Source: Marsupella aquatica (lineage: Eukaryota > Plantae > Marchantiophyta). From it: a stretch of DNA of 64,000 nt. Numbering within the stretch: the first letter of the stretch is position 1; every line of letters starts with the position of its first letter. Below the pieces are notes generated by a model. That model made no database searches. It saw only the letters and a program-made list of their open reading frames with translations, and had not been told where the DNA came from. Below are positions 53,200-64,000 of the stretch, one piece after another. The position numbers and the translations under genes are program-made. The stretch is taken from assembly GCA_973895155.1 (NCBI GenBank), contig OZ316895.1, positions 12,159,929 through 12,223,928 on the forward strand, read 5' to 3'.

Positions 53200-53907
53200 G
53201 AATACTTCACCTGAATGACTGGCTAGAATGACTGATGTAATGGTCATTATCCACAACTATCTTTGTGACCAATATGACTCAACTCTGGTCATTAAAGACA
53301 TAGACTAAATGATTCAAAGAATGACATATTCAACGACCGTTCTCATGGTCATTATAAACAAGTCCACTATGACTCACTTTATGTCATTCAAGTCATGTCA
53401 TTAATGACTAATGTGTTCTTTACGTGCCTCCTCCCAATTGAACCACGTGTCTCAATATGACTTGTTTATACCATAGTCATTTTGGACACGTCTAAAATGA
53501 CGCAAATATATTGTCAAATGATGATAACTCTTTGAACCACGTGTCACTATTTGATTTGTTATATAATGTACGTCATTTTGGACAAGTCCAAAATGACCAA
53601 TGTTATTTGTTTTTGATTGCCACGTGTCGTTGTGTGATTGGGTACGGGGACCATCGACGGTCAACGGCAATTGACCGTCGATGATGATTTGTGTAGTCAT
53701 TTTGGACCGTTCAGCATTTATGACCATATCATAAAAACGGTCATTTAGGATAGTATGAAATGACCACATGTTTTTAGCGTCATTTGTCCAAAAGGACCAT
53801 GACCAAAATGTCTGTTGTGACGCGTCTGGAGAGACAAGAACGATTGCGTCATTGTTTTGTTAAAAAGACCTGATTAATAGTCATTGTTTCCGTCATAAAA
53901 TACATTG
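53200..53907. repeat. Right subterminal motif cluster of the CACTA
   Basis: Many AATGAC/ATGACC/GTCATT motifs in both orientations, the same motif family as 34410-35460. Confidence 0.8.
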
Positions 53908-56900
53908 TTTTCTACTAGTGTTAGATTTCCTGAAGGCGTCCAATGGAAATACAATTGGTAAAACGCTTTTAAATGTACTAGTGTTGTAAATCCTTTCTTC
54001 TAATGAAAATGGAGAATTTTGTCAATCTTTGATGGAACAAGCTTACCAAACTCATTGATGAACTTATTTTCATTTTACCAACATTTAAACTCTTTTGTTG
54101 TGCCAACTTGATGAAGTCCTTGGTAAGACCACCACATAACCTCTTCAGATTCTTGTTTGTCAAGTGGTATTTCTGACACAACAAAGCCATCTCATGTTTC
54201 TTGTGATTATTCCAAAGGGAATTAACATCTGTGCGGTTATTTTCCTGATAATCACCTAAGTATTCAATCAAATATATTTGAAATATTTTTTTGACTTCTT
54301 ATTCAGATAAATTTGTTTCATTAATACTAATAATTTTTTTGTAACATCTGCATCATGGTTTGCAGTAAGGAGTCTATTTTTTAAACAGCCAAGAAATTTT
54401 CTTTTTCTTGAGCAAGCATGAAGCTATTTTGTGAAGATTTTCTTCTTCCATTCTTTGTAAATCCTTGAAAAATGTTTTGTTCAATTGCCATATTGTTTGT
54501 GTCTTGTAATCATTGAACTCTTTTTGCATTTTCCATTGAATGAAATCATTTCTTCCTCCCAAGACTCTTCAAACACACTTATTCATTTTTGGAAAACTTT
54601 ATCAATCATTGTAAAAATGAATATTTTAAAAGTGAAACGTTGATGAGTTTTGCGCCCCAGGAAATACCAATCTTTGCAACATTAAGAAATAGATTGAAAA
54701 ATGCTAAAATATTTGTGTTAGATCAATAGAAAAGGTTACAGCCCCTAGCATATGCTAACCATTATTGAGACTACTGAAAATGATCGAGGAAAATTCACAG
54801 ATCTTCATTAGATATAGATAAGATTACAACCTACGAGTTATGCTAAATTATCTTCCAATGAGACCCCTTGACTAGCGTGTTGTCCTTTTGGGAGTAGCCA
54901 AACTCTTTTCAAACGGTCTGAGTCTATGAAATGACAAGAGGAAAAGTTTGCTTGAGCATCTAACCTTGTCCTCTAGATATTGTTGAATGCTCGGGGCAAG
55001 CTCATCAGGGTCACATTGTTCTTGGTGTTATAAAGAGCCCAAAATATTACTCTAATATGGGCCAGTTGCCTTCCAAAAATCTTGAGTTCCCGAAAAGAGG
55101 AACTTCAGTCTATATTTCTTTATGAGTATCTAGTGTAGTCTAATAGACTTCAAGTATCAGTCATCAATTTTATTACTTGAAAATCCACTAGTTTAAGAGT
55201 ACGTTGGCTGATAGGTCTTAGACTCTTCCTATTCTCATTCCTTGGTCATGTCATTTGATGGTGTCGTGAGATTTTCTCATGTATGCATCAAACTTGCATA
55301 CCAATACAACTTTTAAATATTTCAAAGATTTTCAAAAAATAGCGGATTAAAAATACATATCAAATTTATTTTAAAATACTTAAAATTATGCAAGAATGTT
55401 AAAATAAGATATTTCCAACCCTCGACAAAGTTTTATCGCAAATAAAGTTGAAATTATGTTGAAATCGTGTTAATTAATTAGGGCAAAAATTAAAGAAATT
55501 TGGAAGAATCTGGTATACAAGAAAGACAATATATTTTTACAATCTAAATTTTAGGCTTAATCATAATCTATTATGTATAAGAAGATAACTTTCAAAATTT
55601 GAACTAAAATGAAAATACAATTTGACAAAAATATGTGAATCAAGATTAGACCATAAATTTGGTTTATTAAAAATTGACTAATTAAAAAATTTTGTTTGAT
55701 TTTTTAAAAAGATTTTAAAGAAGATTTTTAGAATCTTGAAATCTTGATCACCATTTTAGATATTGGATCGAATATTGAATTAGGGAAGCCAATTGTTTTA
55801 GAAAGTAGTCCACTGTTAAAAAATAGCTCATTATTTAGAAAATAGCTCATTGTTTTATGAAGATGCACACTGTTTTAGAAAGTAACTCACTATTTTAGGT
55901 AGTCAAGTCCATTATTTTAGAAAACCAAGCCTATTATTTTGGATGTTGAATCCAACATTTAAGATCTTTGAATAATATAAATTAGTCCCAAGAGGTGGAG
56001 CAATGACATTAGATGAAAGCAATATCCAAGTGCTGTTAATCTACAAAATTGATGCTCTATGAGTGTAGTAGGGAAAAGCTTATGTAGTGAGTTTTTTTTC
56101 AATGTGACCTTTGTGGTTCATAGTATAGGAGGAGAAATGTTCCATCTCCATAAGCTTCTTCCATATATAATATGATAGCAAGTTGACATTTAGTAGAATA
56201 TTTCTAATAATTAAACTTGAGAAGATTATCTATATCAATAGAATTATATGTTTTATAATATACAAATTCTATGAAAGAGTCACATTTGAAATTTGAAGTT
56301 GAATCGGATGGTTATACCATCGGTTTTTATGATAATAAATTTTAAGATCTACTTTGGTTTTGGAGAGTTATGCTGTAGTATGCTATCAAAACCAAATATA
56401 TAAAAATATGAACTAAAACCAAGAATTTCAACCCACGACAACAAGTAAGAATGAATAGAATGAACAATTGTATGATTTGAGTGATTTAAAAATGATTTCT
56501 CATCACATACATAAAGCCAAATAAATAAAGATAGGTAATTAACAAAACACGAGGAACAAAAATTTATTTTCTGTAAGGGTGACAAAATGACTTTTAGAAC
56601 CAAGATCGGAAGTACTTGCACTCCATCATCGCTTCTTAAATAAGAATTGCGGGCAATTTTAAGATGTTTGGTATGAGACAAGTCTAACTCTTCAGTGGTT
56701 GCTTCAACTTATCATACTACAAGTTCCTTTGAATTGACTTCTCATGCTCACCAAGTCCATCATATATTTCTTGCTAAAACTATTGGAGGATCAACATTAC
56801 AATGCCGTCAACATGAGTTCTCTCATAGCGATGCGCAATTTAGAAAGAACTACTAATGTATACACCTTCAATAATTAAGCGATACTAGATAGAATGAAAA

Positions 56901-57962
56901 ATGAATGTCGCTGCAAATTCATACAGAGATCCACTACACTCAATATAACATTTCCACTACAAGTTTACATGAAAATATATCTATCAAATATTCCTCTATC
57001 ATCCTCATATGAACCATTGGTTCATAATTATTCATTGAATTCTCAATGCTGTCAATATGATCAGTCCAAGGGAATTCAATTAAATGTAACTTGCTTAATT
57101 TATCTTCAATTCTCTCTTCCTCTTCCTTGGTCACAACTAAATATTCTTGCTTATGTTTCCTTAACAAAAAATCAATGTCAAATTCCTTCGGTATAGGTTG
57201 CAACTTGAATCCTTCCAAACCTTTTCTTTTCAAAAGCACCAAATTCACTATTTTGCAGGAGGAGGGTAGATCCTTAATCCATTTGAATGAAGGTTCTCTA
57301 GATAAATTTTGCCTTCTTTTAACAAGGATCCATCATTCTCTAAGCCACTTTAGTGACCCTATTAATGTTATTCTATTAGAGGTCATTATGGGTTTCTTCA
57401 AATCTAATAAGATATTTGAATTTTGATAAAAATCATTAAAAGCTTGGTCTAATTTTTCCCTCCATCTAGGGTTGTTCTTCAAAATCTCCAACACCTTATC
57501 CAATTCTTGCTCAATTTTACTTTCCAAAACTTCCTCCTCTATACAATTGTGATTTAATATTTCTGGAATGGTAACTTGGTCAAAATGTTCATCCCAAGTT
57601 CCTTCCTCCAGATGTAATTTCTCATTTTCATAACTCTTAAAAATCAAGAGGCTATTAAGGAATACATTTGTATCAAATGAGTTTACCTCAACAAAGTCTA
57701 AATTCCAATAATAACTTCCATCTGACCTCTTAAAATTTTTTGCTCAAGATTCCTCCTTGACAAATATTTTTCACAACATGAGTTTGTCTTTCCCTCAATT
57801 TAATCTGAGCATTTTCTTTCTTCTGAGGTCGGATTTTTCTTACTATAACTTGAGAAGACTCCCTCCTTCTTTTCTTCTAGGCACCAATTAATCTTTTTTT
57901 TCTTGGCCTTAGTTTCCTTCCTTCTTTCCAGAATTGTGGAGGGGTTTTTTTCTCCAATTCTT

Positions 57963-57984
57963 TCCCTAAACCCTAAACCCTAAA
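57963..57984. repeat. Interstitial telomere-type (CCCTAAA)3 / telo-box
   Basis: TCCCTAAACCCTAAACCCTAAA read directly. Confidence 0.7.
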
Positions 57985-59499
57985 GTTTGAAGACTTAAAG
58001 GTCTTCAAACTCAGTATTCGTTCCCGTAAAGAACAAGATGGGGTTGATTTGATAGTTTTAAACAATAATAAAGAAATTAAGATGTTTCTCACACATAGTA
58101 ATCAAATTTGATTACTTTACTAAGGTATTTTGAAGATCGCTCCATAGCGGTGAGTAGTTCTCAATGATAACTCAACATTGTGTAAACATAAATTAATAAA
58201 AAGAAATAATTAACAAAACACACGAAAAATATCTTAAAGTATGCTAAGGAAGTCTGACATGTACCAAGGTTACTCCTTAAACATTAGTCAAAATGAAATG
58301 ACTTATGAGATTATATTCCCATTGCTTTTCAGGTCTAAAATGTTTACTAGAGTACTATTTTAAAGTATCGTCAACATGTCTTGTCTTTTCTTTCTAAGTG
58401 ATACTTAGACAAGATCTAAAAGGTAACTACTTCAACATTTAGATGGTACTAAGCAACATGAAAAAAAATCCATCAATTCCAATAAGACTTAAAACTCAAT
58501 GAGTTAACTTTAAGAACTCAAGAAATTGTGATGAATCACCAAAAAGAAATCTATCATCACAACTCCAAAGATTTTGCACAAATGGATTTTACTTCATGTG
58601 TTTATAAACAGTGGTACAAACACAAGAAGGAGGAAAATATCTCCTATTTGTTAAACCTAACCTCGAACTCATAAATTCATGATCAATTGGTTAACACAAG
58701 AAAGAGGCAAAAATGCATAACTATTCCATAAACTACACTAGTGATAGAGTTATCTTATTGTAAAATTTTACATAATGAGAGGTCACAGGGTCGAAGAGAC
58801 ATGTCTCTTCATACCCCTGAAAAAGTTAAAATGGTCATTCTGTAAGTGAAAAGCTGGAAAAATGGCTAAGTATGAACTCGTAAACTCATAAATGCGTATT
58901 GCGATATACTTAAAAATTTAGCAAATTCAACTATTTTTAACTTTCTACTCCTAGCTTAGAAAACTCTGAAATTTTGCCAACAGGTTTTCCTAGGTAGAGA
59001 CTACCTCCTGAAGAAGTCTTATAGCTTTTAAAGCTCTAGAACACATTTACAAAAATCAGAAAAGATGGACTACTCTTAAAACTAACTAAAATACTTAGAT
59101 ACTGCCTCAAGCTTGTTGTCGTATATCATCTGGTTCAAGAAGCTCCACGAGGGTAACAGTCCAAGATTGAGTAACTTCCATAAGGTCACTTTGTCGTGAT
59201 GATCCTCGAGAATAAGGTCTTACTAGATAACATCGATCAATTCAAAAAGCTTCTTTTAAAATCTCCAGCACTTTGAGATGATTGCAGGTGGTGACCTTCA
59301 CCATTAGGATAGTGGCCTAAGAAGCTCTCAGTTGTAAGCAACCTCTTATACTCATGCCTAGGCGTGAAGACATAAACGTGTAAAAGTATGACATTTACTC
59401 TATTCCAAATCTCTTAAACACTCCAAAAAAATTTGAAATTCTGTTTATTTCTAGTTTTTGTAATTTACTCACTACTTACATAAGAAACCATCAATGATC

Positions 59500-60900
59500 C
59501 GGAATAAGCCACCATCTCTCCCAAAGTCACAAATCATATGTCCTCTAATCTCATGTCCTCCAAGAATAGGAGGATCACAAAGTAGTAAACTCCTAGAACT
59601 CTGAAGCCAGACCACTTTCATGTTTAATCTGAGTTCCCTCCAAATTTTGATCTGAATTCTTACTTTTGTGATTCTAGTCTTCTCCTTTTCTAGAGAACAT
59701 TAAGCCTTCCATAGATTCCAGTTCGTAATCCCTCTGATCAGCTACCAAAGCTTAAGTGGAATCCTAGCACCAGTATGAGATAATGGTGCACCAATAATCG
59801 CCTGAGCAGCATTTAGAGAAAATAGTGAATTCTCAATCACCCACTGCATCAACTTCGTAACCCAGTTCCAGATCTTTTGAGAGTCCACACAACTCCATTG
59901 GCAGTGAACAGAATCCTCATGCCAATTACCTTCACATCGCCCACACCACCATTCGGCATCATTCCTAGAAAAGGAATAATTACACCATTATCATCCTTTT
60001 GAGTAGATTGTCTCTTAATGAAGTGTTTAATTGCGAAAATCCGGTGTGCAATCTGCCATAGGAAGAAGTTCACCTTCATCTTACGATATGGTTTCCAGAT
60101 ATTTCTCCAAATAGTCATGTCAAATGTTAGGCACCATGCTCAACTCATTCCTGCACTTCTGCACCCCACTTATCTCCGACTTCTCTCGATCCTGAAGTAA
60201 GTGCATGATACTAGCCGTCAAAGCATGAAAGAAATCTCTCCCATCGTTCCATAGGAATTGATGAATAAACCCTACAATCTCATCAAAAGTGCCTTTCAAT
60301 CCTAATCCCAACTTATGTGTACTCCAATCCTTGACTTTTCCAGTGATCATCATGTATAAGACCACTGCTTGCACATGAACCTGCATTTGCTTATGTAACA
60401 CACCATCTTGAATCACAAAAGTATTACACGTGACTTGAACCAATTCGCACTATAACCAAGCATGTTTCATATGTGCATTCTTGACTGGTATTTCCCATAC
60501 CAAATTCCCTTCACGAATTGGTATCTGAGACACGTACACTTTACGTTCCCCATTCGGATCTTGCAACTGACCACCTGAGTGAAGTTTTGAGTTAGCCATA
60601 AGAGCCTCAAATGTTCTCCTGCCTCCAAAAAGTGCCCCCTTGGATGTTATCTCATCGCACTAAAAAGGAATCCCTACTTCTGAACATACATCCTGCAACC
60701 TGTTCAGTCCCAAGCATCTCAATTGCCTTTGCTGAATAGATTTACAGCCCACCTTACTAACCATCACATATTTACAAGAGGGAGACCACATTGGTAAATT
60801 CAGCAAGAACTGAGTGTTACAGTACTGCAAACCTCAAAAGAGACTTTATCTTATTCCACAAACCACAAATCCCTTTCCATAAATCCTAACCTCCTATAGG
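59500..60900 (-). mobile_element. Degenerate LINE (L1-like) ORF2 3' fragment
   Basis: zf-RVT-like WRNIWKPYRKMKVNFFLWQIAHRIFA followed by a frameshifted Cys/His cluster; many stops. Confidence 0.65.
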
Positions 60901-62019
60901 TAATGTTCTACACTTATTAAAAACCCAAGAGTAGTCATCACAACCCCATTATGAATGGACATTTCATTAATCCGTGATTGTATTCTGTCTAATCTATAGC
61001 CATCCGCAATTTTTCTCACTCGTAGATCTCCGCACGATCTTTCTTTCGAGCCCGAGATCACATCGAACGTATCAGAATTGACATCAGAGCGACCAAAAAT
61101 CGCACGGCCCGAAACAGGCGCTGAGTCCGAAAATCGAGACCGACAGTCGATGCTCCTAATAAATGCGAGCTCCGGGTGACCCGGAGTGCTTTGTACTCGG
61201 AGTTGCGGTAATAAAGAGAGATTTTCGTCCTTAATCATTCGAATGTATTAAAATCTATTGATAACAGACATTATGGGCAATAAGCGCCCCCTCAAAACTC
61301 GGGTCCAAGCTCTCGTTTTTGGGCGCAGTATTAATTGTCCTCCATACAAGACTACCCAACACTGATACACTAGTACACTATGAAATTCGCCCGTGCGTAC
61401 GAGGAGGTTACGTGCGGGCAGCCGCAGCGGGCACTCCGCACTCGCCAAGAGGTGTAATAAATAACGGGTGCGGGTGGGTAGGTTGGTGGGTCGCGAGGAG
61501 TAACCCGGGACACCCCCTCTTTGACTCGGTCACCCGGGAACGGTAGTTTAAGTCGGGCTCAACGTGACGCGCCGTACTGGGATTGGTCTGCCTGCCCCGC
61601 AGGTAGAGAAGGACCTCAAGGACGGGCCGGGGAAGTGGGCTGGTCTGGCATATGGGCCGCAGCCCGCAGGGGAAAGAAAACGCGTCGTCGTCCGGTGCCT
61701 GGCCGCTGGCCACTCGAGGAGTACAGTTGTCGCTCTCTAAGTGTGCAGGCGAGGAGAGGTGAGGCTAGTCGGGCAGGCAGGCAGGGCAGTCTCATTCATA
61801 TCACGCTTCTCGCCTGCCCTGCCCTGCCCTGCCATGCCATGCTCCGCCGCGCCTGTTCCGTGACTGGAGAACGCCTCCAGAGATCCATCCAATCGCCCCT
61901 GTCTCTGTTCGCGCGCTTGAAATCATCGGCGGTTAAAAACTAAAAAAAGTGTAGTGCAGGTAGACTGGTAGAGAGAGGACTGGAGGAGGGTAGAGTAGTC
62001 GTCGGAGTAGGTTCGGTAC

Positions 62020-62047
62020 AGTAGTAGTAGTAGTAGTAGTAGTAGTA
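62020..62047 (+). repeat. (AGT)n microsatellite in the trihelix 5' region
   Basis: AGTAGTAGT tract of about 9 units. Confidence 0.85.
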
Positions 62048-62702
62048 GCGGAGCTGGGGTCGGTCGGTCATGCGGTCGCCGGGGTCTAGCTCTCGACAAC
62101 TTCTTGGCCTGCTGCTTGGTCGTAAACTTGGCTGTGCTGCTGCTGATGCCGCCGCCATCGCCATTCGCCGGCAACGGAAGTAGTGTGGCCTCTCGTGGGT
62201 TCGCGTTCTCGACAGGATTTTGCGCTTAGTAAGTGTAGTGGTTCCACGGCTGGACATGGACCGTTTCTTTGTTGTTGCGGGGGGGCCACCGAAACAGCAG
62301 CAGGAGCAGGAAGGCAGGATCGTGGAGGGCGCAGGAAGGGAGGAAGGAGGAGGAGGAAAGCGTGCTGGTGCTGCTGGTGCTGGAGAGGAAAGGGGCGGGC
62401 GCAACGGCAATCCGCAAACGCGAAATGCCAATCGGAGGCACGGAAGGTAAACGCTGCAGGCAGGCAGGCAGGCGAACGACGACGACGACGAGAAAAAGGA
62501 GCCGTGATTCAACGAAAGGGGAGGGGGGATCCCGCCACGTTGAGGAGGGCTCGTCACGCTATCTCGGGGATGAGGCAGGCAGGCAGGCTTCTCGGTTTGT
62601 TCCATCTTACCTGAAAGAGCGACCTACGAGTCGGGGCTCGGGCGGGGTTGAAATTGGGCTTTCGCCGGGACGACGGGCCCGTCCTGTGGTGTTATCCCGT
62701 CC

Positions 62703-63581
62703 ATGGATGCCGATCTTCGTATTCCAGCTCACCATGGTGGGGGTCACGGCTCGGCCGATGCGTCGCAACATCACAACACTCTCACGCTCTCGCTTCCGGG
62801 GATCCATTCCACTCCGACCTCGAGGTCGACCAAGCTCATTGGCGATGGGAACGAGAAGCACGGCCGGGAGGACTGCTGGAGCGAGGCCGCCACCTTTACG
62901 CTCATCGAGGCCTGGGGCGACCGTTACATCGAGCTTAACCGTGGCAATCTGAAACAGAAGCACTGGAAGGATGTGGCGGAAGCCGTTAATAGTCGGGAGG
63001 ATGGGAAGGTGAACAAAACTGATGTGCAATGCAAGAACAGGTTGGACACATTGAAGAAGAAATACAAGTTGGAAAAGAGCAAGGTGGCGACCAGCGGCGC
63101 GGGCACCAAGTGGCTTTTCTTTGAGAAGCTAGATGAGTTGATTGGCACGTCAAGAAAACACAAGAAGTCTGCGAAAACTCAGAAACGCAAGAGGGATAGA
63201 GTAGAGGACGGAAACGGTGAGCCGAAAACTTTCAATAATGCGTCCACGAACACAAAATCCAAGGAGAGCCCGGACATGACCGACAGTTGTCCGCATGCCA
63301 CCACTCCTGGGACGGAAGGAAAGCCTATCGTGAAGCGTAAAGTACAGGAAGGTCCGTTCAAAGACTTAGCTAGGGCTATTATAAAATTCGGCGAAGTATA
63401 CGAGAGAATTGAAAGCGCTAAACAGCAGCAACTGATGGAGCTCGAGAAACAACGGATGGAATTCACGAAAGACCTCGAGCTGCAAAGAATGCAACTTTTT
63501 ATGCAAACGCAGGTCGAACTGGCGAAAATGAAGCATGGGAAGCATGGAAGCACGGGTGAGGAAACACGCCTCGATGATTAA
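62703..63581 (+). CDS. Trihelix transcription factor (Myb/SANT-like DNA-binding domain, SIP1/ASIL clade); probable splice donor at 63556
   Basis: REDCWSEAATFTLIEAWGDRY..LNRGNLKQKHWKDVA...KTDVQCKNRLDTLKKKYKLEK...WLFFEKLDELIG; C-terminal coiled coil LARAIIKFGEVYERIE..KQQQLMELEKQRMEF; G|GTGAG donor at 63555/63556, last exon uncertain. Confidence 0.93.
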   Translation: MDADLRIPAHHGGGHGSADASQHHNTLTLSLPGIHSTPTSRSTKLIGDGNEKHGREDCWSEAATFTLIEAWGDRYIELNRGNLKQKHWKDVAEAVNSREDGKVNKTDVQCKNRLDTLKKKYKLEKSKVATSGAGTKWLFFEKLDELIGTSRKHKKSAKTQKRKRDRVEDGNGEPKTFNNASTNTKSKESPDMTDSCPHATTPGTEGKPIVKRKVQEGPFKDLARAIIKFGEVYERIESAKQQQLMELEKQRMEFTKDLELQRMQLFMQTQVELAKMKHGKHGSTGEETRLDD

Positions 63582-64000
63582 TTTGACGAAGCAATGTCAT
63601 TCTTGATTCTCTTTCGGTTTTTCTTCTCAGTCTGGCAATGCAAGAGTTTTCTTGTTCACGCCTCAAGATATTGGTGTTTACTTGTAGCATTCCGTTACAG
63701 TTGTCCAATGTGGTTCTGCTACCATTCTTAATTTGTCTGTCCGTCAGTGGAAGTGGCCTCCGTCGCAGACATTCTTGAAACGAACGAATCTCTTTCTTCG
63801 AGTCCCTCCCCTTTCTGTATCGCGTTTTCGTATGTGCATGCGTGTGTTGATAAACGTTCGTTTCTCCCCGCGCAGAACATTACTTGTGACAAAGTACTTG
63901 GCTCCAAGGCGTTTTGTCCTGAAAGTTCAACTATATTAACACGAAGGAGAACAGTGCAAAGCAGTGGGTAGCCTGCGGAGGGTGAGAAAACTCACAGGAG

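Larger units (their letters stand above)
34386..53920 (+). mobile_element. Full-length CACTA (En/Spm) transposon, ~19.5 kb
   Basis: TIRs CACTAGAAGAAAA (34386) / TTTTCTACTAGTG (ends 53920), 12/13 match; 3 bp TSD TCA/TTA (one C>T); dense AATGAC/GTCATT subterminal motifs at both ends; Tnp2 and TnpA-like genes inside. Confidence 0.92.
30940..53983 (+). mobile_element. Older, 5'-truncated CACTA element (own sequence 30940-34385 and 53921-53983) hosting the younger CACTA
   Basis: Degenerate TnpA-like ORF at 30960-33650; subterminal TCCGAT/ATCGGA motifs at ~34010-34380 continue in decayed form after 53920; second terminus ...TGTACTAGTG ends at 53983. Confidence 0.65.

Noticed and set aside
61408-62614. 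Multiple overlapping ORFs upstream of the trihelix gene
   Set aside because: GC-rich promoter/5' UTR with microsatellites; open frames are expected by chance and the products are low-complexity.

Overview
Eukaryotic, land-plant-like DNA; the gene content suggests a bryophyte or another plant with flagellated sperm (inference). Host genes: a many-exon coiled-coil gene (+, ~1.5-13.7 kb) with an initiator tRNA-Met in its long intron, a TBC/RabGAP gene (-, 15363-17790) and a trihelix transcription factor (+, from 62703). Between the last two, which are divergent, lies a ~43 kb nested transposon island. It holds a decayed Helitron Rep-helicase with non-canonical, fungal-like motifs, interrupted by a 2.4 kb solo LTR and a 295 bp MITE, then a truncated Ty1/copia element and an older CACTA remnant. 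A 19.5 kb CACTA element with both ends (34386-53920) is inserted into that remnant, and a LINE fragment follows. The best candidate for a new system is the 19.5 kb CACTA. Besides Tnp2 and TnpA-like genes it carries an intact, intronless ORF encoding only an EDM2-like composite PHD finger (an H3K9me2-reader type), an 83 bp array, and a ~575 bp array in which each unit holds a conserved ~57 nt hairpin. This may be a transposon-encoded chromatin-reader or anti-silencing module. Family assignments come from motif recognition by eye, not database searches, and exon boundaries are approximate.
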